DNA from: an uncultured virus (IMG/VR IMGVR_UViG_3300029951_000019)
Taxonomy: Duplodnaviria; Heunggongvirae; Uroviricota; Caudoviricetes
IMG/VR virus record: IMGVR_UViG_3300029951_000019
Strand: one strand, 5' to 3'
Length of the DNA: 64,000 nucleotides
The notes below the pieces were generated by a model. The model did no database searches and was not told the DNA's origin. It worked only from the letters and a program-made list of their open reading frames with translations. Position numbers and translations under genes: made by a program. Numbering within the stretch: position 1 is the first letter of the stretch; each line of letters begins with the position of its first letter. Positions 49,770-60,225 of the stretch are shown piece after piece.

Positions 49770-51945
49770 GATGGCGCGTCTCGGCCGGTCAATCCCGGAC
49801 CAGGTACGGCTGAGCCGGGACCTCCCCTCCGCCGCAGTCCCGGTCACCGTCAACGGCGTCGCCGCCACCGTTGCCGTCAAGGCTGCTGCGGGCTCGACGT
49901 CGGTCACGGTCCCCGGCGCCGCGGCAACCATCAAGGTCACTGCGCCTGCAGGCACGGTCAAGGTCACCGTCGGCGGCACCGTCGCGACGGTCGCGGTCAA
50001 GGCTGCTGCGGGCATCGTGCATGCGGGTTGCACAGCTGCGGGAAGTGTCGCGGCCGTCAAGGTCACTGCAGTGCCGGGGACTGTTCACGCAGGTTGCACG
50101 ATCGCCGGCGCGGTCGCCACGGTCGCGGTGAAGGCTCCGACCGGTACGCCGGCCGTGCGCAGTCCGGGTGCTGCGGCCAGCATCAAGACAGCAGCGCCTG
50201 GCGGTACCGCTCAGGTCACGGTCCCGGGTGCCGCCGCGCACGTCACGGTGACCGCCCTAGCTGGCACGGTCCACGCCGGATGCGTGCTCACCGGCGCAAC
50301 GGCCACCGTGAAGACGACGGCCCCGGCTGGGGCCGTTCACGCCGGTGCCGTGATCGCCGGTCAGGCCGGGCACGTCGCCACCGCTGCCGTAGCGGGCACG
50401 GTCGGGATCGCGACCAGCGGAGCAGCGGGCAGCGCCAAGGTTTTGGCCCCGGCCGGTAGCGTCCACCTCGCGGCGGCGGTCACCGGGGCGGCTGCCGCGG
50501 TCCAGGTACTCGCGCCCGCGGGCTCGGTCCACGCTGGCTGCACGATTACCGGAGCCGTTCCCAGTCTCGCAGTCACCGGCTGCCCCGGTGTTCCGGTCGT
50601 CGCCACGACCGGTGCCACCGGGACAGTCACGGTCCACGCACCCGCCGGGACCGTGCACGTCAGCGTCCCCGGCAGCAGCGCCGCCGTCAAGGTCACGGCC
50701 GCAGCAGGTACCGTCCACGCTGGGACCGTCATCGCGGGCGCCCCCGCTCTCGTCGAGGTCACCTCGCCCGCAGGTACTGCCCACGGCGGAGCAACCGTCA
50801 CCGGCACAGTGGCGACCGTCGCAACTGCGGCCTCGGCCGGCCATGCAGGCGTCACCGCCGCCGGGCAGGCCACCCAGATCAGCGTCACCGCAGTCCCGGG
50901 GGCCGTCGAGGTCTCCGCGCCGGGCGCATCTGCCCATGTCGTAGTCGCCGCACCCACTGGCAGCTTCCAGGCCGGGACCGATGTCACCGGTACAGCGGCC
51001 CGCATCTCAGTGACCGCCCCGGCTGGCAACGTGCTCACGGGCGCCGGAGTCATCGGCGCAGCAGCCACCGTCGCCGTCATCGCACCCGCGGGCTCCATCC
51101 GCGCCGGCTGCACCGTGGCAGGCGCGTCCGCCCTCGCTGCGGTCACGGCTGTCCCGGGCAGCGTCGGTATCGGCGCCACCGTGCCGGGCGTGGTCGCCCA
51201 AGTCTCGGTCGCGGCCCCGGCTGGAACAGTCCACGCGGGTTGCACGGTTGCCGGTGCCGCACCAGTGGCCCAGGTCAGCGCGCCGCCCGGCACTGTCCAA
51301 GCTGGCATGTCGGTCAACGTCACCGGCGCACCGGCCACGATCGCCGTGGTCGCGCCGCCCGGCCAGGTCCACGCCGGCGCTCTCATTGCCGGAGCCGCTG
51401 CCACCACCACCGTTACGGCCCGCGCGGGCAGCATCCACGCCGGTGCAGTCATCACGGGCAGCACGGCAACCGTCACCGCTAGGGCTACGCCTGGCACGGC
51501 GTCGGTCTCTGCCACCGGAGCGCCTGTAGTCGTTGCGGTCACCGCGCCGCGCGGCGAGTCCGTCGTCACCGCCGAAGGCACTGTTCCCGCGCTCACCGTC
51601 ACAGCCGTCGCCGGTACGGTCCGCATCGGCCGCAACCTCATCGGCGTCGCCGTCACGATCACCGTCGGTGCACCCGGCGGAACCGTCGTCGTCGGGCAGA
51701 TCGTTGCCGGTGTCGTCGCCCGCGTGAGTGTCACCGCACCGCCCGGCAGCGTCGACGTCGCAGCCCCGCTCTACCCGGTGTTCGCCGTCGCCGCCGCTGG
51801 GCCGAGCTGGAGCGCCTCCGACCCGGAGTACGCCGACTGGTCGGCCGCCGACTGCGGCTCGACCTGGACGGCCCGGGGTGACGAACCCGCCTGGCGGGCA
51901 GCAGAGATCCCGGCCGGCTGGAGTGCACGCGACGCAGGCGGATAG
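49770..51945 (+). CDS. Ala/Val/Thr/Gly repeat fibre protein
   Basis: Roughly 30 imperfect 21-24 aa repeats of type GAAATVAVTAPAGTVHAG; Trp-spaced C-terminus. Confidence 0.75.
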
Positions 51946-51953
51946 GGGGACCA

Positions 51954-52271
51954 GTGGCGCATTCCCAGTCCCAGGCGTCCAGGCAGTACGTGCGGGCCGT
52001 CGTCACGCCGACGGCCCCGTACAACCCCACGGCTGACGTCGTCCAATTCGCGTTCACGGAGCCCGGCACATCAGTGCTCGGGGCGCAGTGGTGGACCGGG
52101 TCGTGGGTCAGCAGCGAAAGCACCGGCGCAGGCGGCTACCTCGCGCAGTGCCTGGTCGGGCCGGGCGGCACCACGCAACTCGCACCCGGCTCCTACCAGG
52201 TATGGGTGCAGGTCACGGACAACCCCGAGATCCCCGTCCTTCCCGCCTATCTGCTGACGATCACCTGCTGA
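51954..52271 (+). CDS. Small Ig-like virion protein
   Basis: CLVGPGG...LAPGSYQVWVQVTDNPEIPV. Confidence 0.6.
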   Translation: MAHSQSQASRQYVRAVVTPTAPYNPTADVVQFAFTEPGTSVLGAQWWTGSWVSSESTGAGGYLAQCLVGPGGTTQLAPGSYQVWVQVTDNPEIPVLPAYLLTITC

Positions 52272-52280
52272 CGGGGGGCG

Positions 52281-54773
52281 ATGATGCCGCTGCCCGGCAA
52301 CCTCACGGGAGTCACGCTCACCGGCACGTACGTCACCGCTGTCGGCACGCCCTGCGCGGGCACGGTGACGTTCAGCCTCGACTACGTGATCGCCGATGCC
52401 ACCGGCTCGGTCATCCTCTATCCGTCGGCGACCGTCGCGACCCTCGACACCAACGGGCACTTCTCGATCGAGCTCCCGGCGACGGACGACACGCACCTGT
52501 ACCCGGAGCCGTTCACCTACCGGGTCCTGGAGAAGCTGGCCGGCGCGCAACCGCGCACCTACTCGATTTCGCTGCCCGGCAGCCTCGCGCCGACGGTCGA
52601 TCTGTCCGCGATTACTCCGACGCAGCCCCTGACCCCCGTCGGCGTCACGATCTCGGGTACCCCGACCACGGGCCAGGTCCCGACCGCGACCGGGCCGAAC
52701 ACGGCGGACTGGCAGACACCGTCGGGCGGCGGCAGCGGTGACCTGCTCGCGGCGAACAACCTCTCCGATATCGACTCAGCGAGCGCAGCCCGCACCAACC
52801 TGGGGCTCGGCAGCGCAGCCACTCAGGCCAGCAGCGCCTTCGATGCAGCAGGCACCGCCGCGACCGCACAGAGCAACGCCGAGGCCTACACCACCAGCGA
52901 GATCGCCGCCGAGGTGTCCCGCGCCAACGCCGCATACCCGGCTCTGGCCAACAACCTCTCGGACCTGCCGTCCGAGAGCACCGCCCGCGCCAACCTCGGA
53001 TTGGCCTCCGGTGCCACGGCCGCAGCCGCGACCACCGTCGTTGCCGAGAGCAGCTATGGCCAGATGTCGGTCGTGGGTACCGACCTCACCTACGCCCGCG
53101 AGGACCACAGCCACGGCACCCTGTCACTGGCCGGCAGCGCACCGGCCACTACCGAGGGCGTCGGCCAGGCGGCCGCGCTCGGCTCGGCGACACTGCCGGC
53201 CCGCGCGGACCACGTCCACCCGCTCGCAGCGGCTGGCGCACCCGCGGCCTCGGCGGTGACTAGTACCCAGACCACTGGCGTGGCCAGTACGTTCGCGGCG
53301 TCCGATCACGTCCACGCGCGCGAGGGCTGGGGCGCGCCCACCGCGCAGACGAGCTTCGGTGCGTCCTCCGCGACGGGGAGTGCCTCCACCGTCCCGCATT
53401 CCGACCACACCCACGGCACGCCGACGCTCCCCACCGCGTCAACATCGGTCGCCGGGGTCGTGCAGCTCGACGGAACCGCGAGCGACATCCAGGCCCTGGG
53501 TGCGCAGGCCGCTGGGTCGTCCGGCCTCGCGGCCGACGCGAAGCACGTCCACCCCACCACTGGCCTGGTGCTGGGCGTGACCGCGGCCGACACGTCCATC
53601 GTGGTCGGCGGCACCAGCGGAGCGCCGACCGTCCGGACCGCGACGCTCGACGTCATCGCCACCCAACACCCCGCAGCAGCGGCCTGGTCCAACGGCGGGC
53701 AGAAGATCACCGGCGGTGCCAATGGCGTCTCCGGGACCGACTTCGCGCTCGTCCAGCAACTCCCCGCCGCCGCCACCAGCGGTGCCGAGGGGACCATCCA
53801 GCTCGCGGGCGACATCGGCGGCACCGCGACATCCCCGACCGTCGTCTCCACCCACCTCGCCTCCGCGCTGCCCGTCGCGCAGGGCGGCACCGGGCAGGCC
53901 AGCACGAGCGCCGCCTACAACGCTCTCGCGCCGACCACCACGCTCGGCGACATCGCCTACGCCAACGGGACGGGCACCAACACCCGCCTCCCGGGATCCA
54001 CGTCGGCGACCAAGCAGTACCTGCAGCAGACCGGCAACGGGTCCGCCTCGGCCGCGCCCGCCTGGGGCACCATCGCGGCCGGTGACCTGCCCGCAGCGAC
54101 GACCTCGGCGGTCGGCGGCATGCAGTTCGATGGCACCGCCACGGACATCAACTTCCTCGGCGTGCAGGCCGCAGGCTCAACGGGTAAGGCGGCCGATGCC
54201 GGGCACGTGCACCCGGCCTACGAGTGGATGCCCTCCGATCAGGGCCTCATCGCCTGGAACTACGACCCGTCCAGTGCCGGGACCACGTGGGTACCGACGT
54301 CGACGACCAACGGCTACCTGTTCCTGACCGCGATGATCCTGCGGCAGTCCGCCACGCTGACGAACATCGTCTACGGCCTGTCCGGGGCCCAGACGAGCGG
54401 CCTGACCAGCGGCGAGAACCTGATCGGCCTCTACAACAGCAGCGGCACCCTGCTGACGCAGACCGCCGACCAGACCACCATCTGGTCCACCACGGCCGAC
54501 CAGAAGGTCAACACCGTCCCCTGGACGACCCAGCAGACGAACCTCGCGGCAGGCAAGTACTACGTGGGCTTCCTCTACAACGGGGTCATGACCGGTGCCG
54601 CCCTCAATTTCAAGGCGTCCGGCGCGGGCACCACCGCCAACGCCGGTCAGACTGGCGCGAACCTGCGCTACGGCGTCATCACCGGAACCGCCACCTCCCT
54701 GCCGAGCAGCATCACCCTGTCCAGCATGGCCACACCGTCGCCGTTCAACAGCCAGTGGCTCGGCTTCAGCTGA
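52281..54773 (+). CDS. Tail/head fibre protein
   Basis: N-terminal LDTNGHFSIELPATDD anchor; NNLSD repeats; six HxH motifs; C-terminal beta domain. Confidence 0.8.
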   Translation: MMPLPGNLTGVTLTGTYVTAVGTPCAGTVTFSLDYVIADATGSVILYPSATVATLDTNGHFSIELPATDDTHLYPEPFTYRVLEKLAGAQPRTYSISLPGSLAPTVDLSAITPTQPLTPVGVTISGTPTTGQVPTATGPNTADWQTPSGGGSGDLLAANNLSDIDSASAARTNLGLGSAATQASSAFDAAGTAATAQSNAEAYTTSEIAAEVSRANAAYPALANNLSDLPSESTARANLGLASGATAAAATTVVAESSYGQMSVVGTDLTYAREDHSHGTLSLAGSAPATTEGVGQAAALGSATLPARADHVHPLAAAGAPAASAVTSTQTTGVASTFAASDHVHAREGWGAPTAQTSFGASSATGSASTVPHSDHTHGTPTLPTASTSVAGVVQLDGTASDIQALGAQAAGSSGLAADAKHVHPTTGLVLGVTAADTSIVVGGTSGAPTVRTATLDVIATQHPAAAAWSNGGQKITGGANGVSGTDFALVQQLPAAATSGAEGTIQLAGDIGGTATSPTVVSTHLASALPVAQGGTGQASTSAAYNALAPTTTLGDIAYANGTGTNTRLPGSTSATKQYLQQTGNGSASAAPAWGTIAAGDLPAATTSAVGGMQFDGTATDINFLGVQAAGSTGKAADAGHVHPAYEWMPSDQGLIAWNYDPSSAGTTWVPTSTTNGYLFLTAMILRQSATLTNIVYGLSGAQTSGLTSGENLIGLYNSSGTLLTQTADQTTIWSTTADQKVNTVPWTTQQTNLAAGKYYVGFLYNGVMTGAALNFKASGAGTTANAGQTGANLRYGVITGTATSLPSSITLSSMATPSPFNSQWLGFS

Positions 54774-54784
54774 AAGGAGCGGCC

Positions 54785-55231
54785 ATGGACCTCGCCAAGC
54801 CCACCCCGCCACCTGCCCCGGTCCGGACCGCGAAGCCGCCCGCGCCGCGCCCGGGCTGCCACGGCACCGGCTGCACCACGGTGCCGCTCGTGCAGTGGCG
54901 ACGCCGCCTCACCGCGGCCGAACTCGACACCGAGCAGGCCGCGGAGACCGGCCGCCGGGCCGAGCGGTACCTGCTCCGCGACGTGCAGAAGCCGCCGCCC
55001 GTCGAAGGCCCCATGCCCGACACCAGCGACTACACGCACGCCGTGTACGCCTGCGGCGGCCACGCCATCGCCATGGACGCCGCCGCGCTCGTCCACGCCG
55101 CAGACTGCGCCGGACCCAACTCGGCGACACTCCCCGACTGCGGGTGCACACCCGAACCCGCGGTGCCGACAGTGCTGCCCGTGCAGGAACTGCCAGCGCA
55201 CTGGACCGCCGCCCCGGTAGGGAGCAGCTGA
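54785..55231 (+). CDS. Hypothetical Cys/His-containing protein
   Basis: GAAAGGAG RBS; coupled to terS. Confidence 0.6.
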   Translation: MDLAKPTPPPAPVRTAKPPAPRPGCHGTGCTTVPLVQWRRRLTAAELDTEQAAETGRRAERYLLRDVQKPPPVEGPMPDTSDYTHAVYACGGHAIAMDAAALVHAADCAGPNSATLPDCGCTPEPAVPTVLPVQELPAHWTAAPVGSS

Positions 55232-55998
55232 TGACGAGGCGCCGGCCGCGGCCGGGCGACCATCCTTGCGCCGGGACGTACAGCGACAAGTACAAGCGGC
55301 GCCCGGATCTGGTCGGCCAGCCCTGCCGGCAGCCCGCACTACCCGGCGAGGAGTTCTGCTCGCGGCACCGCCCCATCCCGGACGAGAAACGCTGCACCGC
55401 GCACCTGTCGAAGAACCATCCGAAGGACCCCGGGGGCCGGTGTCCGTGCCCGGCGCTTCCTGGGCAGCGGGTCTGCGGGTTCCACGGCGGCAAGACGCCG
55501 CAGGCCCTCAAGGTCGCGAAGACTCGGGTCGCCGAGGAGAGAGCGAGGAAACTCGTGGCCACCTACGGCCTGAAGATCGAGACGACCGCCGTCGAGGCGC
55601 TCCTCGACGAAGTCCAGTGGACGGCCGGGCATGTCGCGTGGCTTCGCGGTCGCGTCCAGGAAATCGAGGCGGAAGCGCCCGACGGCGACGGTGAGAACCC
55701 GCTCATCTGGGGTCGCACGAGGCGTAAGGAGGGCGGCGAGGACTGGGGTGAGACCCATGAGGCCGTCGCCAGTATCTGGCTGCGCCTCTATCAGCAGGAG
55801 CGCACCCACCTGGTGCGCGTCTGTGCCGAGGCCATCAAGGCGGGCATCGAGGAGCGCCGCGTCAAGTTGGCGGAGAGCCAGGGCGAGCAGGTTGCTCAGG
55901 CAATCAGGGGAATTCTCAACGACCTGAACCTGACGCCGGAGCAGCTCGCCCGAGTCCCCGACATCGTGCCGCGTCACCTGCGGGCTCTGATCAGCTGA
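55231..55998 (+). CDS. Terminase small subunit (HGGxSTG-like zinc motifs)
   Basis: CGFHGGKTP motif; directly upstream of terL. Confidence 0.7.
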   Translation: MTRRRPRPGDHPCAGTYSDKYKRRPDLVGQPCRQPALPGEEFCSRHRPIPDEKRCTAHLSKNHPKDPGGRCPCPALPGQRVCGFHGGKTPQALKVAKTRVAEERARKLVATYGLKIETTAVEALLDEVQWTAGHVAWLRGRVQEIEAEAPDGDGENPLIWGRTRRKEGGEDWGETHEAVASIWLRLYQQERTHLVRVCAEAIKAGIEERRVKLAESQGEQVAQAIRGILNDLNLTPEQLARVPDIVPRHLRALIS

Positions 55999-56013
55999 GC
56001 CGAGGGGGCGGCA

Positions 56014-58551
56014 ATGACCGCCACCATGGACTGGGCCGAGTACGCGGCCCGGGAGTTCGAGAAGCCCGACACGCTGACGGTGCTGGGCTTCGAACCGGTC
56101 TGCAAGCCGCGGGTCCTCGCCCGACTGGCCGGGACCCCCGAGGCCGACTTGCCGCCGATGTGCGGGACTTGCCCGCAGGAGCGGTTCCTTGCCCTGCCCG
56201 ACGAAGACCTCGACGTGCTCTACGGCGGGGCTGGCGGCGGCGGCAAGTCCCAGAGCTTGCTGGCCCTGGTCATCCGCACCTGCGTCCGCTTCCCCGGCAT
56301 CCAGATCTTCTGGTTCCGCAAGACGTTCCCGCAGCTGAACCAGTCGGTGCTGCGGAACCTGGCGCGATACAACTACGCCAAGGCGGTCGGCGGAATCTGG
56401 AACGGCTCGAAGTACGAGCTGCGGTTCCCCGGCAACTCGATCCTGACGTTCGCGCACGCGAAGAACATGGAAGAGGCCGCCGCGCTCAGTAGCGCGGAGA
56501 TCAACATGCTCGTCATCGATGAGCGCACCACGATGCCGCCTGAAGTCGTGGACTTCCTCTACACGCGCATCCGCTCCGGCGTCGAAGGCGTGCCCTGCCT
56601 CGGCGCACGCTCCGCCAGCAACCCCGGCCACATCGGGCACGGCGTCGTCAAGGACGACTACGTCGACGCCACCGACTACGGCACCAAGGAGATCGTCGAC
56701 AGGGCCGGGCGGCGCCGGATCTTCATCCCCGCGAAGGCGTCCGACAATCCGTACGTCGGCGACTACGAGAAGAGCCTCGAAGGCATCGCTGACCCGGACC
56801 TGCGTGCACGCATCAAGGACGGGGACTGGTCCGCGATGCCTGACGCCGCGTTCCCGGACTGGAAGCGCGACCGGATCGTCGTCCCGCCGTGCGAGCTGCC
56901 CGCATCGTGGCAGCGGCGCGGCGGCATGGACTACGGCTGGGCAGCGCCGTCGGTGTACCTGGCCGCGGCGAAGGACGGCGACGGGCGGCTGTGGTTCTAC
57001 CGCGAGCTGACGATGGTCCAGACACCGGAGCGCGAGCAGGCCCGGCAGATCCTCGACGCCAACGCCGGCCATCATGTGCTGGCGATCGCGGCCGACCCCG
57101 CCATGTGGGGCAAGACGGGGTCCTCGCTCCCGCCGGCCGATCAGATGGCGACCGAGGGCCTGCACCTGACGAAGGCCGACACCGACCGGCTCGGCGGCAA
57201 GGCCCGCATGCACACCTACCTCGCCGAAGCGCCAGCGTGCGCCTACCACCGCGAACTCGGTTGGGCGACCTGCCCGCTGCTGCATATCCTCGACGGCGCC
57301 TGCCCGCAGTTCACGAAGACCATGGGCGAGCTGCCGCGCGATCCGCACCGGCCGGAGGACGTCGACACCGATGGCCCAGACCATTGGTACGACGCCTGCT
57401 TCGTTGCCGGGACGCTGATCTCCACGAGCCGCGGCGACGTCCCCATCGAGGACGTCCGCGTCGGCGACGAAGTGATGACCCGACAGGGGTGGCGACGGGT
57501 GCGCGACTCAGCTCGCACTGGCATTGCGCAGCCCGTACTCAAGGTCTCAATGAGCAACGGACGCGAGCTGATTGGAACCGGGAATCATCCCGTCTTCGTG
57601 CAGGGGGAAGGCTTCGTTCGGCTCGATTCCCTGAGATACCTTGATAGAATTCAGACATGCCACGCAAGCGCCCAAGGGTTGAATCTGTCGTCTTCAACGG
57701 CATCACTTTCCGCCGCTATCCGGACGCCAAGCGCAGAACTGAACAGGTCTACTTCACGCCAGGCGGGAGTCATCGCGCGCGCGGCGTCGGCCGCCTCCAT
57801 CAGGAAATCTGGAAGGCTGCACACGGCCCGATACCCGAGGGCTTCGATACCCATCATCGGGACCACGATCCAGACAACAACTCGATCGACAATCTCGTCT
57901 GTGTGCCCAACGAGGTCCACCGCTCTCATCACGGGGATCAGCCGCGGAGCGATGCTCAGCGCACGGCATGGGCGGCTAACCAGCAGCTGGCCGCAGAATG
58001 GCACCGCAGCGACGAGGGGCGTGCCTGGCACTCCGAGAACGGAAGGCGAGCTTGGATCGGGCGCGAGCCGCGCACGCTGGCGTGCGCGCATTGCGGCGAG
58101 GTGTTCGAAACTACCGACCGCAACGAATCGACGCGGTTTTGTTCTGGGAAGTGCCGCGCCTATGCCCGAAAGGCGAGCGGAATCGACGACGTGGACCGCA
58201 CGTGCGAGGGCTGCGGCGAGACGTTCCGCATCAATCGCTACGCCTCGACCCGAAATTGCTCCCGCGCATGTTCTTGGACTGTCCGACGCCGGACGGGCTG
58301 ACGTATACAACCTTTCCGTCGAAGACGTCGAGGAGTACTTCGCCAACGGCGTCCTGGTGCACAACTGCCGCTACCTGATCATGTCGATCGGTGGTGAGTC
58401 CCGCTGGCACTTCCCTGGCGAAGAGCCTGAGACAACCCACGTCGACCCGCAGGCCCAACCCGCGGTCACCGTTCCTCTCCCTCCGGCGCAGCTGCCGACG
58501 AGCTTCGGCGGTTTCCCCGTCGCGACGGGGGGCGGTGGACCGTGGGGCTAG
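56014..58551 (+). CDS. terL: Terminase large subunit containing an intein
   Basis: YGGAGGGGKS Walker A; VIDE Walker B; SNPG; GMDYG; DHWYDA|intein|CRY. Confidence 0.95.
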   Translation: MTATMDWAEYAAREFEKPDTLTVLGFEPVCKPRVLARLAGTPEADLPPMCGTCPQERFLALPDEDLDVLYGGAGGGGKSQSLLALVIRTCVRFPGIQIFWFRKTFPQLNQSVLRNLARYNYAKAVGGIWNGSKYELRFPGNSILTFAHAKNMEEAAALSSAEINMLVIDERTTMPPEVVDFLYTRIRSGVEGVPCLGARSASNPGHIGHGVVKDDYVDATDYGTKEIVDRAGRRRIFIPAKASDNPYVGDYEKSLEGIADPDLRARIKDGDWSAMPDAAFPDWKRDRIVVPPCELPASWQRRGGMDYGWAAPSVYLAAAKDGDGRLWFYRELTMVQTPEREQARQILDANAGHHVLAIAADPAMWGKTGSSLPPADQMATEGLHLTKADTDRLGGKARMHTYLAEAPACAYHRELGWATCPLLHILDGACPQFTKTMGELPRDPHRPEDVDTDGPDHWYDACFVAGTLISTSRGDVPIEDVRVGDEVMTRQGWRRVRDSARTGIAQPVLKVSMSNGRELIGTGNHPVFVQGEGFVRLDSLRYLDRIQTCHASAQGLNLSSSTASLSAAIRTPSAELNRSTSRQAGVIARAASAASIRKSGRLHTARYPRASIPIIGTTIQTTTRSTISSVCPTRSTALITGISRGAMLSARHGRLTSSWPQNGTAATRGVPGTPRTEGELGSGASRARWRARIAARCSKLPTATNRRGFVLGSAAPMPERRAESTTWTARARAAARRSASIATPRPEIAPAHVLGLSDAGRADVYNLSVEDVEEYFANGVLVHNCRYLIMSIGGESRWHFPGEEPETTHVDPQAQPAVTVPLPPAQLPTSFGGFPVATGGGGPWG
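57642..57650 (+). promoter_or_regulatory. Extended -10 promoter for a leaderless internal transcript
   Basis: TGaTAGAAT followed by 6 nt and the ATG at 57657. Confidence 0.65.
57657..58301 (+). CDS. HNH endonuclease overprinted in an alternative frame inside the intein
   Basis: LHQEIW..AHGPIPEG..THHRDHDPDNNSIDNL; C-terminal CAHC/FCSGKC/CEGC/CSRAC zinc ribbons. Confidence 0.9.
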   Translation: MPRKRPRVESVVFNGITFRRYPDAKRRTEQVYFTPGGSHRARGVGRLHQEIWKAAHGPIPEGFDTHHRDHDPDNNSIDNLVCVPNEVHRSHHGDQPRSDAQRTAWAANQQLAAEWHRSDEGRAWHSENGRRAWIGREPRTLACAHCGEVFETTDRNESTRFCSGKCRAYARKASGIDDVDRTCEGCGETFRINRYASTRNCSRACSWTVRRRTG

Positions 58552-60149
58552 GAGCACGTATCCGCGATGCCTTCCGCCGGACCCCGGTAGCCGAGGCCGC
58601 CCCGGCCGGTCCGTCGGCTTCGGCTGCGGCGGGCGCGCAGCGTATCGGCTACGAGTACGGCACGGCGCTCATGCCGACGACGTCGCGCACCGCGGCAGCG
58701 TACAGCCAGGAACGCCAGCAGGTCATGACGCAGCTGTACCAGGCGTACCTGACGTGCCCGTGGGTGGCCGCGCCGATCGATCTGATCGCACGCACGGTCA
58801 CTGCGGGCGGCCTGCAGGTGGTGTCGGATGCGCTGTCGGACGACGGGACAGTGCCGCCGGACACGCCCGAGGTGACACGGCTGCGCCGCCTGATGCGGTA
58901 TGTGAACCCGCGCCAGGACATGGTGCAGCTCCTGCGGTCCGCTGTGATCGACCTGAACTTGTTCGGGGACGCGTACATCGAGATCGTGACGCTGCTGGGC
59001 GAGCCGGTCGCGCTGTACACCCTGGACTCGACGACGATGACGGTCGTCGCGGACGCGCACGGCGAGGTCACCGGGTACATCCAGGTTGTGGACGGCCTGG
59101 GCGGCACGCGGACGGCCGAGTTCACTCCGGAGCAGGTCATCCACATCTCGCTGGACGCGCCGCGGGGTGGCTCCTACGGGGTGGGTCCGACGCAGAAGGC
59201 ACTGCTGCCGGTGACGGCGTGGCTGTTCACCGAAGCGACGATCAAGGAGTGTTTCCGCCGGGGCGACCCGCCGCGGATCCACGTCGACCTCGGGCACCTG
59301 TCCGACACTGAGGTGCAGCGGTGGCGCGAGCAGTACATGGTCTTCAATCTGGGGCCGAAGGCGGTCGGCAACCCCACGATCACGACCGGCGACGGCAAGG
59401 TCGAGGTCCTGGACCCGCGCAAGGTCACCGACTACCTGGCCGCCAGCAAGCAACTGCGCGACGAGATCATCGCCACGTTTGGTGTCCCGCCGGGCAAGCT
59501 GGGGATCATCGAGTCCGGCAACCTGGGCGGCGGCACTGGGGAGTCTCAGGACAAAACGCTGCGAATCAACACCATCATCCCGGTGCAGTCCCTCGTCCTG
59601 GAGAAGATCAACTTTCATCTGCTGCAGCAGGGCTTCGGCATCGAGGACTGGCACCTCGAATTCCCCGAGATCGACTACCGCGACTCGACGACCGTTGAGA
59701 ACATCCGCGACACCCGCCTGCGCAACGGCTCCTACACCCTGAACCGCGTCCGCGACGAGATCGGCGAACCCCCCGTCGACGGCGGCGACGACCCGGTCCT
59801 GGTCGACCGCCAGAACCTCGTCAAGTGGTCCGACATGGACGCCATGTCCAAGGCCGGCATTGCCATGAAGCTCAAGGGCACCTCCCTGGAGCCCGACGCC
59901 CCGACACCCGGCACCCCGGTGACGCTCAGCAAGCCGGATCCCGTTGAGCCGCCCGTTGTCCAGCCCGTCCCGTTCGACGCGTCGCCGCTCGGCCCCGAGG
60001 ACGGCCCCGGCCTGGCCGGCGACCTGCCGCAAGGCACGGGGCCCCGCGAGAGCCTCGACGAGGAATGGCGGCGCACCTACCGGGCGCGCCGCACCCAGGC
60101 CCTCGCCGAACTCCCGCCTGCCCGCGAACTCGTAGGAGCAGGGAGGTGA
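58542..60149 (+). CDS. Portal protein (HK97-like)
   Basis: DLNLFGDAYIE, FTPEQVIHI, YGVGP, IIATFGVPP, TLNRVRDEIGEPPVDGGD. Confidence 0.92.
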   Translation: MGLGARIRDAFRRTPVAEAAPAGPSASAAAGAQRIGYEYGTALMPTTSRTAAAYSQERQQVMTQLYQAYLTCPWVAAPIDLIARTVTAGGLQVVSDALSDDGTVPPDTPEVTRLRRLMRYVNPRQDMVQLLRSAVIDLNLFGDAYIEIVTLLGEPVALYTLDSTTMTVVADAHGEVTGYIQVVDGLGGTRTAEFTPEQVIHISLDAPRGGSYGVGPTQKALLPVTAWLFTEATIKECFRRGDPPRIHVDLGHLSDTEVQRWREQYMVFNLGPKAVGNPTITTGDGKVEVLDPRKVTDYLAASKQLRDEIIATFGVPPGKLGIIESGNLGGGTGESQDKTLRINTIIPVQSLVLEKINFHLLQQGFGIEDWHLEFPEIDYRDSTTVENIRDTRLRNGSYTLNRVRDEIGEPPVDGGDDPVLVDRQNLVKWSDMDAMSKAGIAMKLKGTSLEPDAPTPGTPVTLSKPDPVEPPVVQPVPFDASPLGPEDGPGLAGDLPQGTGPRESLDEEWRRTYRARRTQALAELPPARELVGAGR

Positions 60150-60225
60150 CCATGCCTACCGGACATCCCACCAGGGCGCAGGACGTGCTTCCCCTGATCC
60201 AGAAGGAGATCGGCTGACCGGGCCC

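Larger units (their letters stand above)
57397..58365 (+). mobile_element. Intein (323 aa) in the TerL nuclease motif
   Basis: CFVAGTLIST N-terminus; GTGNHPVF block B; VYNLSVEDVEEYFANGVLVHN/C C-terminus. Confidence 0.95.

Noticed and set aside
49770..51945. Repeats as a CRISPR array or DGR template/variable repeat
   Set aside because: Repeats are degenerate at DNA level and conserved only as protein; no identical repeats with spacers, no cas genes and no reverse transcriptase
57339..58365. Group I/II intron or programmed frameshift as the explanation for the out-of-frame HNH in terL
   Set aside because: The TerL frame is continuous and has complete intein N- and C-terminal splicing motifs, so neither RNA splicing nor a frameshift is needed
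55339..60032. Long antisense ORFs (55339-57384, 58548-60032; likewise 36957-39221 and 32974-34425)
   Set aside because: Shadow ORFs expected opposite GC3-biased genes in high-GC DNA; no recognisable motifs
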